The translations under genes and the position numbers were made by a program. The notes beneath the pieces are model-generated. The model was not told where the DNA came from. It worked only from the letters and a program-made list of their open reading frames with translations, and did not search any database. Positions 46,681 to 56,579 of a stretch of 64,000 nt of DNA are shown in pieces; positions within the stretch are counted from its first letter, which is position 1, and the number at the start of each line of letters is the position of its first letter. The DNA lies in assembly GCA_049522195.1 (NCBI GenBank), contig JBEKOB010000009.1:1953-65952 (forward strand), written 5' to 3'. Origin of the DNA: Bacteroidota bacterium (GTDB lineage: Bacteria; Bacteroidota; Ignavibacteria; UBA10030).

Positions 46681-49137
46681 CTACTGTATCGTCACAATCA
46701 TCTCGGTCCGGGCATCGGACATCTTCACCCAAACGCACTTCGAAGCCGCATCATATGTCCATCCTTTTGCGCCGCCCTCAAGAGCCACGACTTTGGGTAT
46801 TGAGTCTCCCGAGAGTGTAACGGCCGAGGGCTGTTCATCGACACCGACGAGACGCACGACAAGAGAGCGGTCAGGATACTTGTAGCTCCCACTGACCTCA
46901 CCAATGATCAGGTGCGGTTTGCCTTCTTTTCGGGTGAGTCGAACAGTCCTCTTCGCGTAGACGCCTTTTTCATACTCGAAGCTGCGGCCATCATCTTCAT
47001 AGTATTCATAGCGTGCACTATCCGCAAGGAATACTGTGATTGTCAGCGGGTCAATCGATGATTGATCGGAAAACTGAAGAACCTGTTGCGTTGGAATCAC
47101 TGCTCCGGCTTTCGCAAACATCGGGATCTTGTCGATGGGCGCCTCTACATCGACTCTCGTCCCTCCCTCATATCGTTTCCCGGTCCAGTAATCGTACCAC
47201 TCTCCCTCTGGCAGCGTGATCGATCGATTGCGAACCCCCGGCCAAAGCACCGGCGCAATGAGAAGCCCGTCGCCAAACATGAATTCCGTCGAATTGAAAG
47301 TGTAGTTGCGATCGTCGGGATAATCGAACACAAGAGGTCGCAGCGGCGGGATGCCGGTTACGGACGCATCGTGCATGGCGGTGTAGAGGTATGGGAGGAG
47401 CGTGTAGCGAAGTTCGATCGTCCGCTTGTTGATCGCCTCGAACTCTGATCCGTACGACCATGGCTCCTGGTCTTTTGTGCCCCAGGCGGTATGGGTCCGC
47501 ATCAACGGCGAGAAGACGCCCAGCTGCAACCACCGGGCGTACAGTTCACCGTCAGGGCTGTCCACAAACCCACCGATGTCTGTTCCAACGAAAGGCTGGC
47601 CCGAAATGCTGAGGTCGAGCATCATCGGCACCGCCATCTGGAGATGCTCCCACGAAGAGATATTGTCCCCGGTCCATGCCGCGGAGAATCGTTGTCCGCC
47701 TGCATACGATGCGCGCGTCAGGACGAACGGACGTTCAGCCGGCTTCAATGCCTTCACCCCCTCATAGGTTGCCTTCGTCATCTGCAATCCATAGAGATTG
47801 TGATTCTTGGCATGAGGAGTCTTCAACCCGTTATCATCATGGATCACGTCGAGATCAACTGTCTTTGTCGGCACATCGAACACGGAGGGTTCATTCATAT
47901 CGTTCCAGAATCCACGCACACCAACGCTTGTGAGGGCGTCAAAGTTTTTCCCCCACCATTCTCGCGCGTTCGCGTTCGAGAAGTCCGGAAACGCACACAC
48001 TCCCGGCCACACCTTGCCCGTGTACAGCCGACCGTCGGGATATTTCAGAAAATAGTTCCCAGCACTCCCCGTGAGGAACGCTGAGTAGGATGAATCGACC
48101 TTTATACCCGGGTCGATAATCGTCACGATCTTGAACCCGCTCTCCGACAAGTCCGCAATCATCTTCTTCGGACCGGGAAAATTCTTCTTGCTCCACGTGA
48201 AGATGCGATAGCCTTCCATGTAATCGATGTCGAGGTAGATGACATCACACGGGATTTTTTTCAACCTGAAGTCGTCGGCCAGTTTTCGCACGCGGCTTTC
48301 CGGATAGTAGCTCCAGCGGCATTGCTGGTACCCGAGCGACCATTTGGGCGGCAGCGGCATCCGTCCGACGAGCTCTGTGAAGCGTTCAAGGATCTTTCTC
48401 GGCGTGGGTCCGGCGAAGAAATAGTAGTTTATCTCGCCGTCGACCGCTCCGAAGGAGTAGCGATCGGGGGATTCCTTCCCCATATCAAAGGAGGACCAAT
48501 ACGAATTGTCGAAGAAGATCCCGTACGCCCTGCCCCGATTGATACCGTAGAAAAATGGAATCGATTGGTAGAGCGGATCGGTGTCAGCTTTGTATGCGGG
48601 AATATCGGAATTCCACATCGTCACGTGCTTGTACTTCCGATCAAGCGCTCCCGCCTTCTCTCCCAGACCATAGTACTCCTCCGATTGCGGCATGGATTTC
48701 CAGACACGCACGTCCTTGCCGCTCCATGAAATCCCTCGTTCGTCATCGTCCTTATTGAGAACCGTTCCGTACTGATCGAGAAAAGAAAACCTCAGGGGTT
48801 TCTTCCTGATGTGCACCACCATCTGCCCAGTTTCCAGACTGACTGCATCGTTCGATTCGTGCACGTCAAAGTGGACGCTTCTCCAGTCGTTCTTCACGAC
48901 CGCCCACGATTGATCAGGCAGGAATGTCCCTTCCTTCGCGACACGAATCCGGATAAGATCCGTCGCGAGTGCAACCATACGAATGACCGTCGCTCCGGAC
49001 TTCAGTGTCAGACCGTCCTTTTCTGCCTTGTACGAATCAAGATCTCCGATCGATTGCCATTGTGCTCTTGCGGTGAAAAGCACTAGCAGCCCACAGAGCA
49101 ACGAAAGAGACATGTTTCTCAGATGTGGAGATTTCAT
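46681..49137 (-). CDS. Glycoside hydrolase family 31 (alpha-glucosidase-like), secreted
   Basis: YGLGEK, LDIDYM, WNDMNEP nucleophile, WTGDN acid/base; ATG 49137 after AAAGGA. Confidence 0.93.
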   Translation of the reverse strand: MKSPHLRNMSLSLLCGLLVLFTARAQWQSIGDLDSYKAEKDGLTLKSGATVIRMVALATDLIRIRVAKEGTFLPDQSWAVVKNDWRSVHFDVHESNDAVSLETGQMVVHIRKKPLRFSFLDQYGTVLNKDDDERGISWSGKDVRVWKSMPQSEEYYGLGEKAGALDRKYKHVTMWNSDIPAYKADTDPLYQSIPFFYGINRGRAYGIFFDNSYWSSFDMGKESPDRYSFGAVDGEINYYFFAGPTPRKILERFTELVGRMPLPPKWSLGYQQCRWSYYPESRVRKLADDFRLKKIPCDVIYLDIDYMEGYRIFTWSKKNFPGPKKMIADLSESGFKIVTIIDPGIKVDSSYSAFLTGSAGNYFLKYPDGRLYTGKVWPGVCAFPDFSNANAREWWGKNFDALTSVGVRGFWNDMNEPSVFDVPTKTVDLDVIHDDNGLKTPHAKNHNLYGLQMTKATYEGVKALKPAERPFVLTRASYAGGQRFSAAWTGDNISSWEHLQMAVPMMLDLSISGQPFVGTDIGGFVDSPDGELYARWLQLGVFSPLMRTHTAWGTKDQEPWSYGSEFEAINKRTIELRYTLLPYLYTAMHDASVTGIPPLRPLVFDYPDDRNYTFNSTEFMFGDGLLIAPVLWPGVRNRSITLPEGEWYDYWTGKRYEGGTRVDVEAPIDKIPMFAKAGAVIPTQQVLQFSDQSSIDPLTITVFLADSARYEYYEDDGRSFEYEKGVYAKRTVRLTRKEGKPHLIIGEVSGSYKYPDRSLVVRLVGVDEQPSAVTLSGDSIPKVVALEGGAKGWTYDAASKCVWVKMSDARTEMIVTIQ

Positions 49138-49344
49138 ACCGAATCCTTTCAAGAGACCTTCTTCCTCTGATGTCGGAGAAGCTACCGGTGTGCGAAGAAG
49201 ATGATGTAATTTGCCTAAGTATTCAAGAACGTCTGGCCTCAATGAGGGTGTACTTTCCAGCCAACGGATTGGCGTGTGTTTAGGACAGAAGTCCTTGATT
49301 GACGGCCATTTTCGACCCCTATGACGCACTTCGCTGGTGGCACG

Positions 49345-49365
49345 CACCTTGACTAAGTCAAGGTG
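49345..49365. promoter_or_regulatory. Perfect palindrome (operator candidate)
   Basis: CACCTTGACT-A-AGTCAAGGTG, 30 nt upstream of the ATG at 49396. Confidence 0.5.
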
Positions 49366-49395
49366 GTGAGTGAAAAGACCTTTGCGAGGTGAGCC

Positions 49396-50673
49396 ATGAA
49401 AAATCTGCTGATGACACTTATCGTTTTCGGAACGATCACGACCGTCGCGAATGCCGCGACCCAGGATCCACAGGATTCTTCCACAAGTGTCTCTTCATCC
49501 TTCGGAGATGCTGGCTCCTTCTATGATGCACTCGCGCCATACGGTGAGTGGCTGGAGATGGATGCAGGATTCTATGCGTGGCGACCGACGCACGTCCGAG
49601 AAGACTGGAGACCATATATGTTCGGTCACTGGGACTGGACAGACTACGGATGGTATTGGGTCTCCGACGAACCATTTGGCTGGGCAGTGTATCACTATGG
49701 ACGCTGGTACAACGACAATAACTACGGATGGATCTGGGTTCCCGATCGCACGTGGAGCCCTGCGTGGGTGGAGTGGCGTTACAACGACGATTACCTCGGC
49801 TGGGCTCCATTGCCGCCGTATGCCAGCTTCAGCCGGAACATCGGCATCCGTTTCACGACTCATTGGTTCGCTCCTTATCACTACTGGAATTTCGTGCGGT
49901 ATCGTGATTTCACCTCTCACTTTGTCAACCGCCGAGTCTTGCCTATGGAATATACCCGACGACTCATTGGCTCCACTCGGACTGGCGGACGATACGACTT
50001 TGACGGTGGCCGGATCATCAACAGAGGGATCGATCGCGGAATTGTTGAGCGAAGAGGCGGAACTACACGGATAGACAGAATCGACGTGAGAGAAACAAAT
50101 ACTGTCGGCGAGAGAATCGTACGCGATCGCAATCAGGAAAGAATCGAAGTGTATCGACCGGATCGAACGGCGACGGGTCGGACACCGGAGCGCATCGAAG
50201 CACGCAGACCTGAGCGCGGGACCTCACTCGATTTGCAGAAGATCGAGCGAGCACCACGGGAGTCGGGGCGAACCGTCGAGCCAAGAGCACCGGAGCGTGG
50301 ACGCACGGTGACACGAGAAGCGAATCGGCCTCCGCAAGAGAGTGCCCGCCGTCCCGCGACGCCACAGCGGCGCGAAGAGTTCGTGCAGCGACCCCGGGTG
50401 GAAAGAAGAATTGAATTGCCGCAGGGTCCGACTGTGGACCGGCGAGAAGTTCAGCGACGCGGAGATGAACGGACGGCTTCATTACGCCGGGGGCAGGCAC
50501 CACAGCGGCAAGAGCGTCGGGTTGTAGTCCGCGAACGGCAACAGCGTGAACAGCACCACGAAAGTGCAGCACCACGAGCGCGTGTTGAACAAAAACCCGC
50601 ACCAAGTCAAAAGCATGAGAGTCCCCGGGGAAGTGAGCAAAGCCGAAGAGAAGGTGGGAGAAGAAGAAACTGA
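49396..50673 (+). CDS. Secreted W/Y/G/P-rich repeat protein (DUF6600-like) with an Arg/Glu-rich disordered tail
   Basis: FYDALAPYGEW, WRPY..GHW.WTDYGWYWVSDEPFGWAVYHYGRW, WSPAWVEWR, GWAPLPP. Confidence 0.8.
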   Translation: MKNLLMTLIVFGTITTVANAATQDPQDSSTSVSSSFGDAGSFYDALAPYGEWLEMDAGFYAWRPTHVREDWRPYMFGHWDWTDYGWYWVSDEPFGWAVYHYGRWYNDNNYGWIWVPDRTWSPAWVEWRYNDDYLGWAPLPPYASFSRNIGIRFTTHWFAPYHYWNFVRYRDFTSHFVNRRVLPMEYTRRLIGSTRTGGRYDFDGGRIINRGIDRGIVERRGGTTRIDRIDVRETNTVGERIVRDRNQERIEVYRPDRTATGRTPERIEARRPERGTSLDLQKIERAPRESGRTVEPRAPERGRTVTREANRPPQESARRPATPQRREEFVQRPRVERRIELPQGPTVDRREVQRRGDERTASLRRGQAPQRQERRVVVRERQQREQHHESAAPRARVEQKPAPSQKHESPRGSEQSRREGGRRRN

Positions 50674-50696
50674 GCGATGGGGACTCTTTCACACAG

Positions 50697-50732
50697 CAAC
50701 GGCGCCTGAGAAATCGGACGCCGTTTTTGTTT
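50697..50732. terminator. Terminator between convergent genes
   Basis: AACGGCG...CGCCGTTTTTGTTT. Confidence 0.6.
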
Positions 50733-50755
50733 GTGCTGGACAAGCGAGCGCAGGA

Positions 50756-51766
50756 CTACAACCTCTTCAGAATCTCCTGCATGTCCTCAGGCAGTTCAGA
50801 GTCAAACTCAACGGACTCTTTTGTGGAAGGATGAACGAAGCCTATGGTCTTGGCATGAAGGGCCTGGCGTCCGATAATTCTCAACAAGTTCTGAGCTTGT
50901 TGGGCTCTCTTCCCTTCCAGCCCTCCCCACTGATAACTCCGGCCACCGTAGGTCGGATCTCCAAACACAGGGTGTCCAACGTGTGCCAGATGTACACGAA
51001 TTTGGTGCGTACGACCTGTCCTGAGTTTCAAACGGATCAATGACAGGAAATCGAATTCCCTGATGACCTCGTAATCCGTCACTGCATGCTTTCCCTCTGC
51101 GGTGACGGCGACCTTCTTCCGATCCCTCTTGCTTCTACCAAGGCTCGCATCAATCGTCCCTTTCTGCTGCTGAAACTTTCCCCAGACGATCGCCCAGTAC
51201 TCCCTCGAAATTGTTCGGCGCGAAAACTGCTTTGCAAGCAGATGATGGGCAACATCATTTTTCGCCACGACCATTAGGCCGGTCGTGTCTTTATCCAGAC
51301 GATGGACAATGCCAGGACGAGTCTCGGTGTTGACAGTGGAAAGCGAGTTGCAGTGGTAGAGCAGGGCGTTGACAAGCGTTCCCGTGTAATTGCCGTAGGC
51401 CGGATGTGTCACCATCCCGGCCGGCTTGTTCACGATCAGGAGCTGGTCATCTTCATAAACAATAGTAAGGGGAAGATTCTCGGCTTTTGCCTCAGGACGG
51501 GGAGGATGAGGCAAGGTAATGTCGATCACTTCGCCGGGGGCGATAGTGTGACTCGCTTTCACCTTCTTGTCGTTGACGAGGACGAATCCGGCATCGATGC
51601 CACTTCTGACCTTGCTACGCGTGGCATTCTGGATTTGATGCGTCAAGTAGACGTCGAGCCGTTCCTTCGACTGCTTGGCAGGAACGACGATGCGGATTTT
51701 CTCGAGCTCTTCTGTGTCGGGGGAGCCGGGGAAAGGGGAGGTTTTGGTTTTGGCAGTGACTGCCAT
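50756..51766 (-). CDS. rluD: RluA-family pseudouridine synthase (RluD-like)
   Basis: S4 domain, NKPAGMVTHP, VHRLDKDTTG, TGRTHQIRVH, QALHA. Confidence 0.92.
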   Translation of the reverse strand: MAVTAKTKTSPFPGSPDTEELEKIRIVVPAKQSKERLDVYLTHQIQNATRSKVRSGIDAGFVLVNDKKVKASHTIAPGEVIDITLPHPPRPEAKAENLPLTIVYEDDQLLIVNKPAGMVTHPAYGNYTGTLVNALLYHCNSLSTVNTETRPGIVHRLDKDTTGLMVVAKNDVAHHLLAKQFSRRTISREYWAIVWGKFQQQKGTIDASLGRSKRDRKKVAVTAEGKHAVTDYEVIREFDFLSLIRLKLRTGRTHQIRVHLAHVGHPVFGDPTYGGRSYQWGGLEGKRAQQAQNLLRIIGRQALHAKTIGFVHPSTKESVEFDSELPEDMQEILKRL

Positions 51767-51767
51767 A

Positions 51768-52436
51768 TTAGGAAGAAGAGTTCTGTGAACCTTCGATCCT
51801 GTTGGTCGCTTCGTGCGGATTGGCGGAGGCCTGTGCAGGTAGTCCTTCCGGAGGATTCGAGCTCACTGCTGAATCCTCAAGGGACTTGTCGGGTTGCTCG
51901 GATTCAGTGAAACGGCGGTGAAAGACGAGCAGCATGACAACACCTATCGATACAGAGGAATCAGCAAGGTTGAAAACGGGAAACCGATTCAGATGGAAGC
52001 CCATCAAGGTAATATTGAAGAAATCGACATCGATGAAATCGACCACCTTGCCGTAGAACAGAGGCCCTTCACCAAAAATCACTCCGTAGAACACACGGTC
52101 GATAAGGTTACCGATCGCCCCGCCGAGGATGAGTGCCAGAGCCAGGCGAATGACAAATGCTTCATCCCGGATCTTATAGAGATAGATGAAGATACCGATG
52201 CTAGCGAAAATGGAGAAGATGGTGAGAAAGAGCTTTCCGCCGACATCGATTCCGAATGCCATGCCCGGATTTTCGATGAACGTCAGGCGCAGGAAATCGC
52301 CGAAGATGGGATAGCTTGCTCCGAGGGGGATGCCCGCGTGGTAAAGGCTGAGGACCGGAACATCAAACCCTTTGATAAAAAGCTTCGCAGCCTGGTCAAC
52401 CAGGACGACTATTCCCGTCAGATACAAAACGCGCAT
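51768..52436 (-). CDS. lspA: Lipoprotein signal peptidase
   Basis: ENPGMAFG, GGAIGNLIDR, VVDFI, FNLADS. Confidence 0.95.
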   Translation of the reverse strand: MRVLYLTGIVVLVDQAAKLFIKGFDVPVLSLYHAGIPLGASYPIFGDFLRLTFIENPGMAFGIDVGGKLFLTIFSIFASIGIFIYLYKIRDEAFVIRLALALILGGAIGNLIDRVFYGVIFGEGPLFYGKVVDFIDVDFFNITLMGFHLNRFPVFNLADSSVSIGVVMLLVFHRRFTESEQPDKSLEDSAVSSNPPEGLPAQASANPHEATNRIEGSQNSSS

Positions 52437-52480
52437 TATCGATAGCCTTTGAGGAACTGATGATAAGAAAGTGTCGCCGA

Positions 52481-52990
52481 CTATCGCCCGCGTTTCAGTT
52501 TACACTTGATGCAAAGCTGGGCATGAGGAACTGCTTGAAGCCGCTCCTTGTCGATCAGACTTCCGCAATCCAGACAGAATCCGTAATCTCCCTTTTCGAT
52601 TCTCTTCAGTGCATCGTCGAGGTAGTTCAGAAACTTCCCTTCGCGTGAAGCGAACAAGAACGTCTTCTCGCGCTCCATCGTGTCTGTTCCTTGTTCCATG
52701 TGGAGAGAGTACGTGGAGTTCTCAGTCACGTACTCGCCGGTCTGAACATCCATCATGCTCGCCTTCAGCGTCTCGAGTTCCTCGAGGATCTCCTTCCGCT
52801 TCTCAATGATGAGCTCTTTGAAATGAGCCAACTCAGTTTTCGAAAACCCACGGGGGGCGACAGGCGGTTTTGCCGGAGCGGGCTTCGCTTTGGCCTTCAC
52901 CGGCGGCTTAGCCTTCGCGACGATCTTGATCTTGGTCTTCGCCGACGGCTTGAGTGACGCTGATTTCTTGGTTGTGATTTTCTTCGCCAT
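52481..52990 (-). CDS. TraR/DksA C4 zinc-finger protein
   Basis: ALKRIEKGDYGFCLDCG...ERLQAVPHAQLCIKC; Lys/Ala/Pro-rich N-terminus. Confidence 0.9.
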   Translation of the reverse strand: MAKKITTKKSASLKPSAKTKIKIVAKAKPPVKAKAKPAPAKPPVAPRGFSKTELAHFKELIIEKRKEILEELETLKASMMDVQTGEYVTENSTYSLHMEQGTDTMEREKTFLFASREGKFLNYLDDALKRIEKGDYGFCLDCGSLIDKERLQAVPHAQLCIKCKLKRGR

Positions 52991-53091
52991 GTCCAATCTC
53001 CTCCGTTATGAGTGCTGTTGGGCGTTTGCTTGACAGCGGTCAACACCAACAGGGTGCCACTGTAGAACGTGCAAACTTGTGTAGTTAATTC

Positions 53092-56000
53092 TTAAGAGTC
53101 AATACTCTTCTCAATCCCAATCGATGCCGCCTCTCCGTTAATATCTGCGTCCACAAGAGTTAGCGTCGGTGGGGGAATGTTTGATAGTTCGGTCGCGAGA
53201 GTCTCCTGCTGCACATACGCCGAAAGCCGCGCCAATGCCTTTGCCAGCCGCTCTGAAGACCGGTGGAAGATCCTGATGCGGTCGGTGACTTCGAATCCCG
53301 CATCCTTCCGCATGTTTTGCACACGGTTAACGAACTCGCGAGCGAGGCCTTCCTCGATCAATTCATCATCCAGTTCCGTGTCGAGAGCCACAGTCAACGA
53401 TCCGTCAGATTCCACCATCCAACCTTTGAGATCTTCATGCAGGACTTCGACATCTTCTTTGGCGATAGCGTATTCGACGCCGTTGACTGGTACGACCATC
53501 GTCCCCTCACGCTCCAGCCGAGAAATTTCCTGTGAAGTGAATTCCCGGATCCGGGCCGCGATGGGCTGCACAGTCTTTCCGAATTTCTGACCGAGCGAAC
53601 GGAAGTTCGGCTTCGCTTTCTTCCTGACGATGCCTGAATCATCCGTGACAAACTCGATCTGTTTTACATTGATCTCTTCGAGAATCACATCTTCCATCTG
53701 CTTGATCACCGCCCGATCGTGCTCATTCGATACCGGCAGGATGATCTTCTTCAGCGGCTGTCGCACCTTGAGATTTGATTTCATACGCATGGCCCGGACG
53801 AGGCTGGTGATCTTGATTGCCCGTTCCATCCGCTCCTCGAGAACAGGGTTGATAACGCTCTCATCGACTGCAGGCACGTAGCACAGGTGCACCGACTCGG
53901 GGTCGCCCTGGTTCGTCACCGCGTTCAGGTTCTGATGCAACACCTCTGCCAGGAAGGGAGCAAACGGGGCCATCAGCTTGGAGACTGCGACCATGCATTC
54001 ATACAGAGTCTGGTATGCCGCTGTCTTGTCCTTCCCCTTCTCACTTTTCCAGAAACGACGACGATTGCGGCGGACGTACCAGTTAGACAACTGATCGATC
54101 GTAAAATCGCTGATGGCGCGCGCAGCACGGGTGACATCGTAGTCACTCATCCACTGCATGTAGTTCTTGACCAGGGAATTCAGCTCCGAGAGGATCCACT
54201 GATCGATCTCGGCCCGCTCGGCAGGCGGAATGCGGGCTTCGGTAAACTCAAACTGATCGATGTTTGCGTAGAGCGCGAAGAATGCGTACGTGTTGACGAG
54301 CGTGCTGAAGAACTTGCGCTGGACCTCGGCAATGCCTTCCTCATCAAACAGCGTCGGGCGCCAGACCGGACTGTTGGCAACAAGATACCACCGAGTGGCA
54401 TCGGCGCCGTACTTCCGCAGAAGCTCGAACGGATCGACGGAGTTCTTCTTGGACTTGGACATCTTCTGTCCCTGCTTGTCCAGGATGAGCTCGTTCACGA
54501 GCACATTTTTGTAGGCCGGCTTGTCAAACAAAAACGTGCCGATCGAATGCAGCGTGTAGAACCAACCACGCGTCTGATCGATTCCTTCAGAGATGAAGTC
54601 GGCTGGATAGCTGTTTTCGAAAATGTCTTTGTGCTCAAACGGATAGTGCCACTGGGCGAACGGCATGGATCCAGAGTCGAACCACACGTCGATGAGCTCG
54701 GGCGTCCGCTTCATTGTCCCGCCACAGTCTTTGCAAACAAATGTCACACCATCGACGTACGGCTTGTGGAGATCGAGCGGATCGGGAACATGGCTCCCTT
54801 CTTTCAATTCTTGAACACTTCCGACGCATTTTTGATTTCCACATCCCTCGCAGAGCCATATCGGCAACGGCGTTCCCCAGAACCGATCGCGGGAAAGCGC
54901 CCAGTCTTTGTTTTCTTCAAGCCAATTCCCAAACCTTCCGGAGCCAACTTCCGCCGGGATCCAGCGAATTGTATTGTTGAGCTCGATCATCCGTTGTGCA
55001 TACGCTGTCGTGCGGATGTACCATGATTCCCTTGCGTAATACAGAAGCGGCGAAGCACATCGCCAGCAATGCGGGTAGCTGTGGAGATGCGTCTCCTTCT
55101 TATAGAGAATGCCGCGATGCTTGAGCTCGGCGATGATCTCCGGATCGGCGTCTTTTACAAACCTGTGTGCCCACGGGGTCACTTCAGGACCGAAATTGCC
55201 CGACTTGTCAACCGGATGGATCGTCGGGAGACCATATTTCCGACCGATCTGATAATCATCCTCACCATACGCAGGAGCAATGTGAACAATACCGGAGCCA
55301 TCTTCTGTTGTGACGAATTCGCCTTCGATGACGTACCAGCCTTTTTCCTTCGGAAAGTGGTATGCATAGAGCCGCTCGTACTCTTTGCCGGCAAGCGTAG
55401 AGCCCTTGAACTTCTCAAGGACAGTATATTCGTCGCCAAGTACGCCAAGCCGCGCCTCCGCAAGGATCAACTTTTCGCCGTGATGCTCGACCCTTACGTA
55501 GTCAATATCGGAGTGGACAGCCAGCGCAACGTTTGAGATAAGAGTCCAGGGGGTCGTTGTCCACACGAGGAAGAACGTATTGTCCTCGCCTTTGACCTTC
55601 ATCTTCACATACACCGACGGGTCCTTCACGTCCTTGTAACCGAGGGACACCTCGTGCGATGAAAGCGGCGTTTCACAACGGGGGCAGTAGGGCTGGATCT
55701 TGTACCCCTTGTAGATCATCCCTTTGTCAAAGTACTGCTTGAGCGCCCACCAGACCGATTCGATATAATTGTTTTCAAAGGTAACGTACGGATGGGCAAG
55801 ATCAACCCAATACCCCATCATGCGGGTCATCTCTTCCCAATCCACTTTATACTTCCAGACCGACTTCTTGCACTCTTCATTGAACTTCGCGATACCGTAC
55901 TGGACGATCTCATCTTTGTGCTTGAAGCCAAGTGCTTTCTCTACTTCGATCTCAACCGGAAGACCGTGTGTGTCCCACCCCGCCTTCCGATGCACTTGAA

Positions 56001-56232
56001 ATCCCTGCATCGTCTTGAAGCGGCAGACGAGATCCTTCAGCGTACGGCTCATGATGTGGTGAATGCCGGGCCGGCCGTTGGCGGTTGGAGGACCCTCGTA
56101 GAACGTGAACGCCGGTTTTCCTTCGCGTGAAGTGACACTCTTTTTGAAGACGCCGCGGTCGTCCCAGAATTTCAGGATTTCGCTTTCGAGCGAATGGTAA
56201 TTGATTTTGTCTGTCAGTTGCTTAAACGGCAT
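53092..56232 (-). CDS. ileS: Isoleucine-tRNA ligase, type 2
   Basis: FYEGPPTANG, GWDTHGLPVE, WTTTPWTL, SRDRFWGTP, DQTRGWF, KMSKS, EGLARE C-terminus. Confidence 0.98.
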   Translation of the reverse strand: MPFKQLTDKINYHSLESEILKFWDDRGVFKKSVTSREGKPAFTFYEGPPTANGRPGIHHIMSRTLKDLVCRFKTMQGFQVHRKAGWDTHGLPVEIEVEKALGFKHKDEIVQYGIAKFNEECKKSVWKYKVDWEEMTRMMGYWVDLAHPYVTFENNYIESVWWALKQYFDKGMIYKGYKIQPYCPRCETPLSSHEVSLGYKDVKDPSVYVKMKVKGEDNTFFLVWTTTPWTLISNVALAVHSDIDYVRVEHHGEKLILAEARLGVLGDEYTVLEKFKGSTLAGKEYERLYAYHFPKEKGWYVIEGEFVTTEDGSGIVHIAPAYGEDDYQIGRKYGLPTIHPVDKSGNFGPEVTPWAHRFVKDADPEIIAELKHRGILYKKETHLHSYPHCWRCASPLLYYARESWYIRTTAYAQRMIELNNTIRWIPAEVGSGRFGNWLEENKDWALSRDRFWGTPLPIWLCEGCGNQKCVGSVQELKEGSHVPDPLDLHKPYVDGVTFVCKDCGGTMKRTPELIDVWFDSGSMPFAQWHYPFEHKDIFENSYPADFISEGIDQTRGWFYTLHSIGTFLFDKPAYKNVLVNELILDKQGQKMSKSKKNSVDPFELLRKYGADATRWYLVANSPVWRPTLFDEEGIAEVQRKFFSTLVNTYAFFALYANIDQFEFTEARIPPAERAEIDQWILSELNSLVKNYMQWMSDYDVTRAARAISDFTIDQLSNWYVRRNRRRFWKSEKGKDKTAAYQTLYECMVAVSKLMAPFAPFLAEVLHQNLNAVTNQGDPESVHLCYVPAVDESVINPVLEERMERAIKITSLVRAMRMKSNLKVRQPLKKIILPVSNEHDRAVIKQMEDVILEEINVKQIEFVTDDSGIVRKKAKPNFRSLGQKFGKTVQPIAARIREFTSQEISRLEREGTMVVPVNGVEYAIAKEDVEVLHEDLKGWMVESDGSLTVALDTELDDELIEEGLAREFVNRVQNMRKDAGFEVTDRIRIFHRSSERLAKALARLSAYVQQETLATELSNIPPPTLTLVDADINGEAASIGIEKSIDS

Positions 56233-56268
56233 TGGAGTAACCGCAATGGAAACGTGATCAGAATCGGA

Positions 56269-56493
56269 CTACTTCTTGCCAACATTGGAGACGAGCCAGA
56301 GGATGCCGCTCAGCAGCAGGCTCAGGACCAGACTCGTGACGATCGGGAAGTAGAACTCCGTATGGTCTTTCTTGATGTGGATGTCGCCAGGCAGTTTGCC
56401 CAGGAGGGGAATTTTGTCGAAGAACATCAGCACACACCCCACAGCAACCATCACAACACCGAAAACTACAAGTACTTTGCCCAAGTGCACCAT
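56269..56493 (-). CDS. DUF2905 family small membrane protein
   Basis: LGKLPGDI...FYFPIVTSLVLS. Confidence 0.9.
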   Translation of the reverse strand: MVHLGKVLVVFGVVMVAVGCVLMFFDKIPLLGKLPGDIHIKKDHTEFYFPIVTSLVLSLLLSGILWLVSNVGKK

Positions 56494-56500
56494 AACACAA

Positions 56501-56572
56501 TTGGTTTTGAGTTTGGAGTTTGGGGTTTTGAGTTTGCAGGTCGTAACTCAAGACTCAAAACTGAAAACTCAC
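56501..56572. repeat. Inverted pair of heptamer tracts (TGAGTTT type) without cargo
   Basis: TTGGTTT TGAGTTT GGAGTTT GGGGTTT TGAGTTT, 9 nt, then AACTCAA GACTCAA AACTGAA AACTCAC. Confidence 0.8.
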
Positions 56573-56579
56573 TACCATT

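Noticed and set aside
49138-49347. Long N-terminal extensions in the ORF track (GH31; also ftsK, holA, aroE, TPR genes)
   Set aside because: Downstream ATGs fit the RBS, signal peptide or family N-terminus better.
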